Shown piece by piece: positions 31,721-45,579 of a stretch of 64,000 nt of DNA (positions are counted from its first letter, which is position 1; every line of letters starts with the position of its first letter). The stretch is from contig NC_083228.1 in NCBI RefSeq assembly GCF_032191835.1, positions 40,238,001 to 40,302,000 of the forward strand, written 5' to 3'. The notes below the pieces were generated by a model that was given only the letters and a program-made list of their open reading frames with translations, was not told the DNA's origin and searched no databases. Source of the stretch: Heteronotia binoei. Its lineage: Eukaryota. The position numbers and the translations under genes were made by a program.

Positions 31721-32890
31721 TAATCTAAAATCAAAATCAATTTCTCTGGGTCACCCAGAGACCCAATTCACACCAGTTTAATTATACATACCTTTTATGT
31801 TAGCATCTACACCATGGATATCATTCTTTTGGTTTGTTTTGAAATGTGTCTGGCTTCAAATTTAGTTCAACTTTCAGGGTTGTTTTTTTTTTTTTATAAA
31901 CCCCAAATCTAAGATACTGTATTTTCATTGGGAAACATTGAAATAATGATTATACACCTCATGTATATAGTATCAAGGATTAGGCGTTACTCCCACACAG
32001 GCTTGAGCCCTGCCCTCTCAATTTTGAGAAACTACATACCACGTGCAGTCTTCCTTTGAGTCCACTTTCTCCTCCCCTTCCCCAGAGATGGCCTCCCATT
32101 TACTGAAACAGAGGCGCCTTTCACAAGTGATGCTATTGTCAGAAGACGAGAAAGCACATTTGAGCCCCTCTCCAATGCTCCCCTCTTGTATGCATCTTGC
32201 TAATAAAAAAATCCGCAAGGAGACACTGAGATCACTTTCAAGAAAACCACATTACGACTCCCGTGGCCAGAACATACTCAGTACTCATGTGCCCCACCCC
32301 TGTATCTTATTCCAGTGTGAAGGCAATCCTGAATTCATTAAGCAGTCCATTCCATTTACACCTTTCTCTTTCTATGCCACACTGGCAAGTGATGCAAAAG
32401 CATCTCCTAGAAACATTTATGAAAAAACCCCAACATACCAAAGGCCCCAGAGTTAAGGTAATAAAAACTACTACTGTAAGAAAGAACAGAGAAAACTTCT
32501 CTGGATGGATGATTTTGCCCATCTCTCTGAACCATCTGAATACATCTTTGAAGCAGCAAAGGCTGCCACATTTCCATTCCCCAGCCTGGCCGGCCATTTT
32601 GGAATGAGCTATACTCCAAAGGAAAGCCAGGTCCCTGCATTTCCCCCACATGGCATGTCAGAGCTGGCCTTTCTCTTAAATTGAAAGGGAGGGCAAAAGG
32701 AGGAAAATATATTTCAATAACAGAAGCATAAATCCTTCAGAAACAGATGCCAGTGATGAAAGAAAGACAGATAACTAAGTTCAGCACTGCAAACTCTATA
32801 ACAACATTCCCTCGTGTTATTTCTTCCAGTCTTCACACAACCCCTAAGATGGAAATCCCACCCTTATAGCTCCCTGTTAAGGTGTAAGCA

Positions 32891-33192
32891 GGAGCCACAT
32901 GGCGCAGAGTGGTAAACTGCAGGACTGCAGCCCAAGCTCTGCTCATGACCTGAGTTCAATCCCTGCGGAAGCTGTGTTCAGGTAGCCGGCTCATGGTTGA
33001 TTCAGCCTTCCACCCTTCCGAGGTCAGTAAAATGGGTACCCAGCTTGCTGGGGGTAAAGTGTAGATGACTGGGGAAGCCAATGGCAGTCCACCCCGTAAA
33101 AAAAAAAAGTCTGCCATGAAAACACTATGACACAATGTCACCCCACAGTTGGAACCACTTGTGCTTGCACAGGGGACTACCATTACCTTTTA
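32891..33192 (+). mobile_element. Sauria SINE
   Basis: tRNA-like head ggcgcagagtggtaa...gagttcaatccc and the same body/tail as 20952-21229. Confidence 0.88.
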
Positions 33193-36100
33193 TCTTTCAA
33201 AGGTGTAAGCATTCTGCATCCTTGAATACTGCTTTAGGGCTTGAGCACACCAGTGGGAACCCAGATCTAGCCCTGCTTCCTTTTTCAAGAGTTTTCAACG
33301 TGTGGACCTAAAGTGCAAAAGTCACCTCTGCACCACTGGCCCAGTACCTGTTGCAAGACAGGCAATTTTTTTTTTAGGGTGTCCTGAAGAAAGAGTCGCA
33401 GACTGCTGGTGAATCAAAGTCTGCTCTGTGAACCCACATTATTCTATTTTGCATTTTTGAGGAGGGTTAAGAATACCTTCAAAATGTATTTACAGTAACA
33501 CCATATCTATTGCCACTATGAATACTTTGCTTAATTATAAGCACTCACTCGGCCATGGAAACAATATGGTTCAACAATATACAGAGATTCTATGTCATGG
33601 AAAATTTTTTTATCATGATCAACAAACTGCAAATGAAGAAACTCATTTGAAGTTTTTTCTTCACTATGGCTTCCTTTGTTAGGTTATATGGTGTCAACAG
33701 AAAAGGTTCCAAACTATTTATATCCTATTGATTTGCTGCAGTTAAGAGAAAATAGTAGGTTAAAGCTTGATCCAAGCTGGTTAAATTCTATGTATTTTTG
33801 TAATTTTTAGCTCACAAATAGCGTTATGGAGTTTGTTACTAATGTAAATTCTTTTCTATTTATAACAATAAAAACTTTTTTGGGGGGGGGGGAAGGAATG
33901 CCAACTTTTGGAAAGACAGTGATGTATTCTCAGCTAGCACAGTCCTTCTGCAAGCCACATATCTAGCTTTGCTGGCCTGATACCAATAATATATATGAAA
34001 ACAATAATAGATATTAAAACAAATACTTTTTACCTATCAAAATGTCTTCCAGATCATGGACGTCTCACTTTTAAGGTCTTCTTGCCACTAAATCAGACAG
34101 TCTTGTTATCCTGCTGTTAAATCCCCAAAGATAAGCCCATCTCCTTCTAACATCACTTACTTCCAGCCTTAATTAATTCCTTTTCTACAGGCACCCCCCT
34201 GCAATATTACTGCATGGAGCATCACAGTAATTTGCTTAAACTGTGCAGATGCTGTCAGTAAATGAAGTTATACCCTTCTCAGCCCACTGACTTCAAGGCA
34301 CTTAGAAGAGCAAGAGTGTAACTTTGCTTAGGACCCCACTGTTAGCTGGCTTCTAGCATATGCAAAAAACAAGGAAACCAACTGACAGAGCCCAAAGAAT
34401 GAAGTCATACAATTAAAGCTGCCACCCTAAGCAGCTCCATGGAAACATCAATGAGAAAGTGAAGTTAGTTCACATGCAAACTCTCCCCAACATACAGTGC
34501 AACTACTACCCAGGCAATATCTTCCAAACTTCACAACCCTTACAATCAGACCTCATTTTGGGCAGGAGCTCTCAGCAGCAGAACTCCCGAAGCTCTACAT
34601 TTTATTGTGCTCTTTCTTTCTTAGCCTCCTCCTCAAAAAAATACTTGCTTCTGGCCTTCATTGTTCAACCCCCCCCTGTGAGAATTTTTCTGAAAGCTAA
34701 GATTTGATAAACTTTCTAATATTTCCCCCACAAAAAAATGGGAAAATAACCAACAATATAAAGCAGACAAGTGGAAATCTTCATCATGCCACTGCGACCA
34801 CATAGGAGAAAGTAATTTTAAAAGTATGATGGGATGACAATTCAAGAAGCATTTTAAGGTAGATGCTGAGCTGATATAATTTAGTACACTTTCCAGTAAT
34901 GTCAGGGATGTGTGGCATATGCAAATGACCCCTGCTTACAATATTCTGTGTAAGAGACTGCAAAATAACATTTTTCTATTTCCTAGCATAGGTTAGTGGT
35001 TAACATACTGCTTTTCTTTACTGCCTACCCTTCAGTCAAGATCAAATCACTGTAATGAAAAACGTTATTACAACAGAATTTTTTTTTTTCCATTTATGTG
35101 AAGCACCAGTGGGACTCAGATCAAATTAACACTGCTGCGTGGGGAGTTTTGTAGAAGGTGCAAAAATGGATTTCACAGCAACATTTTTCGCATTATGTGG
35201 CCACAAGACAAATGCTCAGCATAAAAACATTACCCAGAACAGATACACACCATCTGGCAATGAGCATAATAGGGTCACCCATTTTTTGCCTTCCCCACGT
35301 ATAAAGTGCTTCCTAATTTGTTTTGATATTAGCTAGATTAATGACAGCTATAACGGTGGATCACGCCAAGAAGCTTCCCTTGGATACCAAGAACAATGTA
35401 GCAAACTTTCATTTAATGGTGCACAGATTGGATACCAACCGCCTTCAGAAAAACCTAATGAAAAATCATAAATCCATACAATAAAGTAACCTCACTGTCC
35501 CTCTTCCCCAGAATACTGAGTCCTGGTATACTGTGGGCATAAATAGGGGGTTTTTTTGTTGTTGTTTTTTAAAAATCCCTCTACAGAAATTAAAAATTCA
35601 AATGCATGAATCATTCCAGAGGAGAGCAGCCAGAAGAATCATGGACATGATACAACTCACCATGTGGACATAGACATCACTTTCTTTCTTTTTTCTTTTT
35701 GCAGTGGAGAAATAAATCATATATTCACTTTAACAGAACTGTACTCAACAGACTCCTATTTGCATTAAAAAAAATTCTAAGTAATCAACATCAGGGATGT
35801 AGAAGCACCTGACTAGTCAAGTCCTTATCTCATCACCTGGAAAACAAATAAATGGAACTCTTCATGGTTACAGTTTAGGAAAAACAGGGCATAAACCATG
35901 TGAGACATTTGTCTTGGGAAAGTGGCCTGGGATATTTCCACTAGACCTTCTCTACTCATCTCCATTCCCTTCCTTGCTCCGGATAGAAAACCCCAGAAAA
36001 CTACTGGCAGATGATCTGCAATTTAGGAGCACATTACCAGATCAATCTGATATCCTTAGGATATTCTTGAAGACAACAACAGTACATGTGCATTAAGAAG

Positions 36101-39100
36101 CAAAGTTAATTGCAGAGAACAGCTGAAAGCTTGTTTGGGTACTAGAACTGCAATATATCATGAGCTGTACAAAGTCACAATCAACCAGCCCTAATCAAGG
36201 CTCCTAGCTCCACTGTTTTCCAGTTAGATTTACTTTCATGCCACATGTTTTATAACCCAAAAGTGACTAAAACAGAGCAGGCAAGGAACATACAGCACTG
36301 AAGGAAAATACAGAATAATACATAATTGCCAGGGCTGAAGTACTTCATCCTTAAATTTTTTTTTAAAAACCCACAAACCATGCCTTCAGCAAAGACAGAT
36401 GTTGCAAGCATGTACACATTATGCAGATGTGCACCTGTTTTGCATAATTTATTCTATTTCTGGCAGTCATGGGAAAAGGTAAGCTCTGCCCCTTTCCACT
36501 GTGAGATAAGGTTTCAACACACTTTCACAAAAGCTTCTGCAGTCATAAGTAAATTAACAATTTGTCTTTTAAAATGCAATTTGAAATTCTCAGGCTGCAA
36601 AATAAAAGCATACACCCACACACACACCCAATGAGAAAACAAAAGAGAGAGAGTATATTAAAATAAGGACTTTATGTTCCAAAAGTTATATACATTATAT
36701 ACGAACTACATAAGCCAGTCCTGTCCCAGCCTACATGATGTGAGAAGACTATAAGGACAGGCAAAAGGGCAAAGTGTGACTGCAAGCCTTCTCCAATTCC
36801 ACACTCAGTTGAATGGCAACACAGCGGTCTCATTAATTCTAGAAAGTTTCTTTTGCCGAACACTACAGAAGCCAATTTTACGTGCTGCAGAGAACTAAAG
36901 CATACAAGCAAATTACATAAGCCATCCAATTATAACTTCCCTCTCCCCTCCTGAGAGCAGGTTCAGGGGTTACGCTGGGATAACTCTCTGTGAGGATGGA
37001 GCAGATAGAACAGGGAATTGGAGGGGACAGCAACGCCCCCGGTCTGCACTGCAGGCATTCAATGTCCCACCCATGCACAAGCTGTAGTTAAAACTTGGTG
37101 CACTTTGAGAGAATAAACATTCATGCTGTGGGTAGGCAAAAGCTGCACATGCCTCTGCAATTGTGTCTTGGTCATTCAAATCACATGTGCTCTGTCTGGC
37201 ACCAAGCAGCCGTGCTTGTCAGAGCAAATAGTTGGCTAGTCAGAAGTCCAGGTAAGCAGGCCAGATACAGCTGATCTGAGAAGTATCATGTGATAGGAAT
37301 AACGTCTATGAAGACCTTTTCCAACAGCTCATTTTGACATTAACACATTCCAAAAGCCAATTTCTGTTTGTACATTCAAAAAAGTAGACTCAAGATTGAC
37401 AGACTCATGTCAGTCTGTGCTTCAATAAATTTGTCAGTCTTGAAAAGTAGAATAAGCCTGTTTTATAGCCTTAACAGGAAAGCTGTAACAATTTTAAAAC
37501 ATAGGTCAAAGTTATATTACAAGACTTAATATTAAAATAATTAACTAACAGCTAGCTCTCTTAAAGACGCTGGAGCAACCCGACAATATTCTCTGAGTGA
37601 AGATTAAGGCATCATCTGTAACTCATGCTATTATATAAAAGCTCAGATGGCTCTTGTATTGATGGGACTTTTGGTAGCTACGTCTCTTAATAGGTCCAGA
37701 GTATGGGATACAGACTCAGAAAAATCTGGCAACTTTGGCTGAAGTTTTTTAAAAGAAATAAATTAGATCACTATTTAATGTAATAGATTGTTCACTTGGG
37801 GAAGAGTTATTTGCACTTATTTTTTTTAAAAGAACATGTCAACTAATAGCCTACATGGGAAATATATTAAAACAGATTCCAAATGATATATGCTAAAATT
37901 TAAGATTATAACAGAAAAAAATCAAGTATGTTTTGCATTGTCCTGAATTATTTATTTGCAATTCAAGAGTTGGCAAGGACTTCATACACTGTTCACTAGG
38001 CTCAGTTCTTTAAAAAAAAATGGGGGGTAGACCATTATTTTGACTAGAATCTCTGTTATTTATGCTACCAAAAATTGACAATCCATTAGAGGAGAAGAGA
38101 TGCTAAAGACAGAAATCAAAACAAAATGATATTTTCATTCAAAAAGCCTATTAGATAAAGACATCTGGGAAACTGTTCATTTGTTTGGTCAGGACAGCAT
38201 ATCCTTTAAGTAATCCACTCATTCACTTGTCAGGATAAAATAATCATAAGGTTGCATACATATATATTTTAGATATATTATTTATCTATTATATATTCAT
38301 ATTGGAAGTTGTGCAATTACTGAAATACAAAATGACATAATGGTTGTAGATTTTTTTCTAATCTGTCTTGAGATGCCATGATGATTCACAACACATCAGA
38401 ACTAACACAGTAAACATGTTCATTTCTACTGAAACAGAAGAGGGGTGTAATCCTAGGAGATTTAAATCCTGTAATTAATATAAAGGTGGAACAGGAAAAG
38501 AATTTGAGGGCAAGTCCAATCGTAAGGCAGTTGCTTCTGCCAAAAATATACCTCAGCTAAGTCAATTGCAATTGTTTACAAGGATGGCAAAGCTTTAACT
38601 TTGGTTTAGTAGCTTCCCAAACTGTGGTAAACACACAGGGGGGAGCTAATGCAAGCCAGCCCTGGCAGGTTTTCTAGGGCTCCCTACTTCGATTTCTCCA
38701 CATTAGTATAAAGTGCTGGCACAGGGTAGGAATGGATGCCTTGACTTCTCAATAAAGCAGAGAGTTGTGGGAACACAATGACTGTCCTGAATTACAGTGC
38801 ATACTAGATATACCATGGGCACAATTCCAATGGATAACTACAAATGCAGATTTTCTAAATGATGACAATTTTCCATAGATGACAAAGAGCTTTTTCAATT
38901 ATCTGCCAATATAATATCCACAAGAGACCACCAAGTGCTACTTCAAACAAAGCACAAGGAACAAGTGGGGAATATCTTAAAATGATTAATGGGTAAGAGA
39001 AATGTATGTATTTATGTTCTTACACCACCTTTCTTGCCCTCAATGGTGACTCAAGTCTACAAAGCTGCAATTCAAGTTATCAGTTATCTGCTATCATTTT

Positions 39101-39235
39101 TGGATTTTGTAGAACTAACTGAAGTCCAGTAGCACCTTAAAGATGTGTGTGGGGGGGGGGAGTTTCCAGGGTACAAGCTTTCATGAATTAAAGCTCACTT
39201 TGCCAGATACCAGCTACATCAGATATCTTTGTTAG

Positions 39236-39724
39236 GTAAGATAAGATAAGATAAGATAAGATAATTTTATTTGTATCCCGCCCTCCCCGCCGGAGCAGGC
39301 TCAGGGCGGCTAACAGCATTATATAAAAACAAGGTTACATCCAACATTTTAGATTCTAATGAGTTTAAGATTAATCAATTAATTAAATTAAATTAATAAA
39401 AGTGCTATTGCTATTCGTTCTTTTGTGGTGGCGGTTATCCTTAGCAGCTTCTTTCTTCAGCGAAGGCCAGTCTGAAGAGGAAGGTCTTGCAGGCCCTGTG
39501 GAATTGTTCAAGATCCCGCAGGGCCCGCATTTCCTCTGGAAGTTGGTTCCATAGGCTCGGGGCTACAGAGAAGGCCCGATTGCGGGTGCATTGCAGCTTC
39601 ACCTCTCTTAGTCCGGGGGTGGTCAGCAAGTTTTTTCCAGCTGACCTCAGTGCTCTCTGGGGTTCATATGGGGAGAGGCGGTCCCTAAGGTAGACAGGTC
39701 CTCGACCATATAGGGCTTTAAGGT
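39236..39724 (-). mobile_element. 5'-truncated young L2 LINE copy with (TCTTA)n tail
   Basis: Highly similar to the 3' end of the element at 60520-64000. Probable TSD ctttgtta at 39227-39234 and 39732-39739. Confidence 0.9.
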
Positions 39725-42614
39725 CCTAGACCTTTGTTACCCTAGAAAAATTTTGCACTTTAAGAAGCTACTGGACTTGAATTTCATTTTAATACTACAG
39801 ACTCACGTGGGGTACTAATGTTGGGATTTTGTGTAGGTGATAGTATCTAACAAACCAGCAATCAGAAAAGGAAGAGACAGCAAAGCACAAGAGCAAATAA
39901 TATTATAGTAACACCGAGCGGGATAGAAGATGCTCAAAAGACACAATATTCAGGCATTGTGGCTTCTTAAAGATGGCAGGTTTTGTATATCTATCTTTAC
40001 ATGGCTAAATATGAAAGGCACATTAAAAAGAAGTACAGATATGTAGAAGTAATTGAAGTACGTATATTGCCCATTTCAGTTTAAATCGCAAAACAAACCA
40101 CAGTATGCTACATACTGCAGACATCAAACACAGGGCTAGAATAAAATTGAATTGCACATATTCTCTGATTGCGCAAGATGGACAAGTATCATCTCTCCAT
40201 AATTACAGATTTCATAGTATGAAAGTATAATAATAAGGTTTTTTCCTGGATAGCAAGACAGCTAAATTCAATCACAACATTCATTCAAAAGTTTCAAATC
40301 TGGAAGAGCAATTTCTTCTTTCATTTATTTATCTCTTTAATTCTCTGGAATAGCCTGGCAGCAGCTGTATTTTCTGCCAATCCTCTTAAATCAGGACAAA
40401 TTGTACTGTTGAACATTGTTAAAAGTCTGCTGAAATAACAAATTTTTAGGCAATCCTTTTGTCTGGGGGGTGCTGTTCAAACCAACAGGGCTTCATAAAG
40501 TTATCATTTCCCTGTCCCACTTTAATTAAAAGTTTAGAGCTCAAATATGAACAGCTGCCTGAACTTTTCCACTTGCGAAGGGGGCTAGGATATTGGGGGG
40601 GGGGGGGACAAAATAGGTATCAGACATATTACATACTAGCTTAAGAATCTCATCCAAACTCCTGATTTCTGCACTGCATAAAAACCGGGTTTGAAAAACA
40701 GCTTCAAATAATTTTAAAGAATGGTTGAATCTGGCCGTTTCTTTACCTCTGTAATATTTTATGCCACTCTGATGTCAACAGGCTTTGAAGGGTACGACTC
40801 TGTTTAGGATTATGCTGTTAATTTGATAAAGGAACTTTCTCCTCACGTGAGTATGAAAAACACAGATTCAACAGAAGTTGTTGCAAGGGAATCTGCTCCA
40901 AGATCCAGGCCCCCAATCTGAAACTTTTTTTTCCAGTTTTAAATTACTTTATCACAGTTTGTTCACATACACAGAAAGCAGATAAAGATACTATATGCAA
41001 TACATGTACATTTGATTATCATAGAACTGGGTCACTTTTTAACATTATAAAGTCTAACAAGAATCTTAAGGGAGAAATTTAACTAAACCCCCTTAACAGT
41101 TTTTTTTTAATGGACTGAGCAGCAGCATCATGGAAGGAACTCAAAAGATACTATAAAATAAATATACACTTTAACATTTATATTTAAGGGCTTTTATCCT
41201 GTTTTTCTACCACAAAGGCATTCAGTGCAGTTATCAAATTCCAATTCCAATTCCAAAAACCTTTACTGGCATAACTGCTATCAAAATCAACAATCTGAAA
41301 CAATAAAAAGAGAGAGATCTAATTAAAACAAATCCAATAACAAAACCCTAAATAATTAGATGGGGCTGGCCTTGGGAAAGGAAAGGGCCTTGATTTGTAT
41401 ATTAAACACCTAATCTATCCAGGAGAACTGTGATTTTCTTGCAGTAGTTTTTGTTGTGTGATCTGCAGAGATGTGGATAATCCTGAAGACTGGATCAGAA
41501 ACCTGACTGGAACAGTAATGATTGTTCTAGTATGAAATCTAGTTATCTAATGCTTGTTTTGGTATGAAAGAGAGAGAGGTTAGGCTCAGTCCTGTTTCCA
41601 AGGCATTAAGTGAAAGGTCTAGTGATGTATCACTTTCTCTGGGAAATTCAAGGGGGGGGCAATTTCCCATAAGAAATCTGAGGCATACAACATTCTGTTT
41701 TTCAGTTAACTATATTTAACTTGCTACTAAGTGTACTCTAAGACAGCATGCAGCCTCAGGGCTACTTCTAAGAATATGCAATTAGGAACAAGCTGTCAGT
41801 TTGGCATATTTGCAATTTCTAAGTGCAGTTCCCATATTCAATAGGTACAGCAGTCTTCTGGGTAAATTAGATGAGAACTTCAGAAATGCTATAGTTTCTA
41901 TGCATAATAGGCTGGCTTTCTTTATTGTAAAATTCCTCATATTTCCCTATGTTTGGAAAATATATCAGTATTTTACTCCCCAAAATTTTCTTATTCCATG
42001 ACATTTTCAGTCTTTATTAAAATAATATCTAACAAGCCCCAGGATGAAAAAGAAATAATAAAGTGTTATTTGATGCTACACATTAAAAGACGGCGGTGTG
42101 AGGCTTGGGGTGAGGTAGAGATTCAAGCCTTGGATCAAACCACCATTTTTAAAATTTTGCTTGTTTCTAACACATGAATGCCTGAGAATTTATTTTCACT
42201 GCCCAATAATGAGTTAATTCCTACTTTTTGGAGCCTCAAGGAGCTAGGGCAGAAGCCAGCACCCTATCAAAAGAACAAAAGGATATGTGGGAAGACACTT
42301 ATGTGAGGAATTCGCATGTAGCTGACCCCACCATACATGCCCCACTATTTGAACCTAATTCAAATCTTCAAATAACCAACTCAGCGATTTTGCTGCAAGA
42401 TAAAAAGGAGGCATTTAGTCAACTCAATTTGAGTAACCTTTGTGCTTCAGGATATCCCTTCCTGTGATTAGTTTCTTTCAATCTCACTTGGAAAATGTGT
42501 GTGTGTGTGTGAGAGAGAGATGTGTGCATGAATCTAGTTCAGATGATCCATTACCTATTGCTGTCACAAAGATTTTGAATGAACTTTCCAGTTATTCTTC
42601 AGATTCAGGTCATC

Positions 42615-42835
42615 TGAGAGCTAGTGTGGGATAATGGTTAGAGTGTCAGGTGTCTAGGAGTTGGTAGACTCAGGTTCAAATCCCTACTCTGCCATGGAAA
42701 CTTTCTGAAGGACCTTGGGCCAGTTACTCCCTCTCAGCCTAGCCTAACTCACAGGTTGCTGTGAGGATGAAACAGAAGAGAGGAGAATGAAGTAAACCAC
42801 TTGTAAACCATAGAGGAAAAAAGTGGTATATAAAT
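42615..42835 (+). mobile_element. tRNA-derived SINE (CpG-decayed)
   Basis: gctagtgtgggataatggttagagtg...caggttcaaatccctac...gaccttgggccagttactccctctcagcctagcc. Confidence 0.7.
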
Positions 42836-43094
42836 GAACCATGTATCAATGTTGAATTTAATTGATAAGCAAGGGTGTAATGCCTATGTCAGCGGCCATG
42901 TTCATTGAAGTCTTACTGGCTGGATCTCTCTAGTGCGTTCAAGATCTATGTGCATTCCATTCCATGTAGATGCTTTATTGACGAAGAAGAGCCTCCCCCA
43001 TCAATCAGTGGGGAAAACAAACCAAGACAGAAAGATTTGGGGCTTATTAATGATCAGACTCTCAACTAACTGAATTAGGGGGGGGGGGGGTTTG

Positions 43095-43325
43095 GTATTT
43101 TTGTATTTGTGTGTGTGTGACCTGGAAGTCATGGCAACCTATGGTGACTGACCCTTACTAGGGGCCTGGAGAATATTCAGGGAGGTGGCTGAATAAAGCC
43201 TGCTCCTACCTCCTGACTCCTGGTATTCCAAGGAGGTCTCCCATCCAAGTACTTGCCAGGGTTGGCCTTGCTTAGCTTCCAAGACCTGATGAGATCAGGC
43301 TTGCCTGGGCTATCCAGGTCAGGGC
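43095..43325 (-). mobile_element. 5S rRNA-derived SINE
   Basis: Reverse complement of the 5S head (gaggtctcccatccaagtacttgccagggttggccttgcttagcttccaagacctgatgagatc); same family as 18845-19050. Confidence 0.75.
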
Positions 43326-43379
43326 CTTTTTTTTTTAAGGACATAGAAGCCAGAAAAACACCTGCAGATTAATTCCAGT

Positions 43380-43600
43380 TAACAGAATTGGTAAGTGGGT
43401 TTGGACTGCATGCAGAAAATGCAATGAAAATTGCCAATGTTAGCATGTCAGCCATAACACGGTTTTTTAATAGTAGAGGCAATCAATTTGTGCCAACAGA
43501 CATAAAGATCTTTAAGACTAAAGTGATTCCACAATTACTTTATGGTATCCCAATCTGGATCCGTGCTTTTGACCTGTACATTACAAACATCCCGTACAGC
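43380..43600 (+). mobile_element. Degraded LINE RT fragment
   Basis: KIFKTKVIPQLLYGIPIW resembles the post-RT V..LLYG..W motif of non-LTR retrotransposons. Confidence 0.5.
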
Positions 43601-44420
43601 AAAGAGACAATTTGCCTTCAATTAGTTATTTACTGCACCAACTGAATTATTGTTGACATAAGGACTACTACATATTTTCCTTTGCTTGCAGCCTTTTATA
43701 ATGGACTTGTGTGTTCTGTCTGGCATCAGAAAGACATTTGATAAACTCGTGGTGTTATATTTTTCAATTAGTGGGCTTCATTTTTGGTTTTTACCAGCCA
43801 GACACACCCTGGTCCACTGAGGCCAGCAAAGAAGTCTCAACAGGATTCCAGCATAGTTTGGAAAAAAAATTCTCCCCCCTCCCCCAACCCAATAACGTTT
43901 TTGGGGAAAAAAATTAACCAATTAAGAGTTTTTGAAAACTGGAAAGCTTGCACACTATATTATGCTATTTTGCTTGGTCTTAATAAAAAGGCATTACATG
44001 GGTTTTCTTTTTGGATATTTGCACAACTTTCCTTGAACCTGAAATTGTACCATATGCTAAACAGCTTATTAACCTGTAATCAACCAGATACTCCTAGCCC
44101 TGACTGCATGTGTAATTACCTTTTCAGCACAATTTGCCTGATAAACATGTCAGAACACTTGCCGCTTAGTCTGTTTCAACAGGTAAACGCTGCCTTTCCA
44201 CAGCCTTAGGGCATAATTAACAGAGGGAGGGAAAGACACACACACACAGAGAAGCTGATTCAACGAAGCAGGAGTTCACAGCATGCAACCTGCCAAGGCC
44301 TATTTCATGGCTCGCCATGCTTGCCTGAGCACTTATTGAGTTCCAGCCTGCTGTGACAGGGCAAGGATGGCAAACTCTGAAGAACAACTTTTTGAATGAG
44401 GACTGCCACATGAACTTCAG

Positions 44421-44546
44421 GGAGGGACAGGCCGAGTACTATACTGAACACTTTCAGAGGAGAGTAGTGGTCTACAAAATTCAGGAGGGACAGGCTGAGG
44501 CCTATACTGAACACTTTCAGCGGGGAATAGTGGTCTACAAAATTCA
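44421..44546 (+). repeat. 63-bp tandem duplication (2 units)
   Basis: ggagggacaggc.gag..ctatactgaacactttcag.gg.ga.tagtggtctacaaaattca occurs twice. Confidence 0.9.
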
Positions 44547-44877
44547 GTAGCACCTTAAGGACCAACATCTTCCAGGGTATAAACTTTCAGGAGTGAAGAA
44601 ACCTCACATGGCAGGCATCTCTTTAACTGGGCCATTAGGAATGATAACAGGAGAGAATCAAGTAGAAAATTTACCTATCTGGCATTCTGATCTTAAACAC
44701 AGTTATGTTTTCATCATATCACACTCATTTGCCCTATGTTAATTAACTGGAAGCAACTAACTGCTGCTTCCTATATTCTTAAACGTTTTATGGCATACGT
44801 AAAATTTATTCTATATCTAACTGTGTATGTGAAAGAATAGCTAGAGTGCATTAAGGGGTAACTAATACATACAAGCC

Positions 44878-45075
44878 CTGATAGCTCAGGATAGTCCGAT
44901 CTCGTCAGATCTCAGAAGCCAAGCAGGGTGGGCCCTGGTTAATATTTGGAAGGAAGACTACCAAAGAATGCCAGGGTTGTGACGCAGAGGCAGGCAATGG
45001 CAAACCACCTCTGAACATCTCATCTTGAAAACCCCATGGGGTTGCCATGTCAGCTATGACTTGATGGCAAAAAAC
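44878..45075 (+). mobile_element. 5S rRNA-derived SINE with BovB/Sauria-type tail
   Basis: 5S head ccgatctcgtcagatctcagaagccaagcagggtgggccctggttaa followed by ggcaggcaatggcaaaccacctct. Confidence 0.8.
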
Positions 45076-45565
45076 CACAACAACATACTAAGCAATCTTG
45101 ACTATGTGTGTGTATTTGAGCATCACTGCGATCCAGTGCACAGTTGTCAGAAAATAGGAGCCCTTGGAGTAGATCGAACTTTATTTTCCAGGAAATATGT
45201 TTAGGGTAAGCATGCTATTTTCTTTGGCAGGTAACTGGGACTCATCAAAATTGAGAAGATTTTGGCTGCAGCCCAACAAAGCTTGTAAAGTGTATAGCCC
45301 TTCACTATGGGGAGTGCGAAAAGAAATCCCTACCTGACCTCTGGATAACCCAAACAGGAGATTAGCCCATTTCCAAGCAAAGTAAGTTGTCACACTGTTA
45401 GGCCAATTGCTTCCATTGACATTTTGCATAAACATCTTACGCAGGGTGATCAGAAAGGACTGTTATGCCATTAACTTTTTTTTTACTCCCTTCTTTCTTT
45501 CATTCTTTCTTTCTAATACCTAAGCTTTACAGAATAAAGGCCTTTCTGAATTAGGGATAACAAAA

Positions 45566-45579
45566 GGGTCAAAGGGTCA
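45566..45579 (+). promoter_or_regulatory. Perfect DR2 element GGGTCA-aa-GGGTCA in the EXOC6 intron
   Basis: Consensus DR2 in apparently non-repeat AT-rich sequence. Confidence 0.4.

Noticed and set aside
39110-39210. Further hammerhead-like motifs in Penelope remnants (also ~13860-13960 and ~44547-44600)
   Set aside because: The catalytic core is mutated (e.g. CUGGCAA instead of CUGANGA) or stem II is missing.
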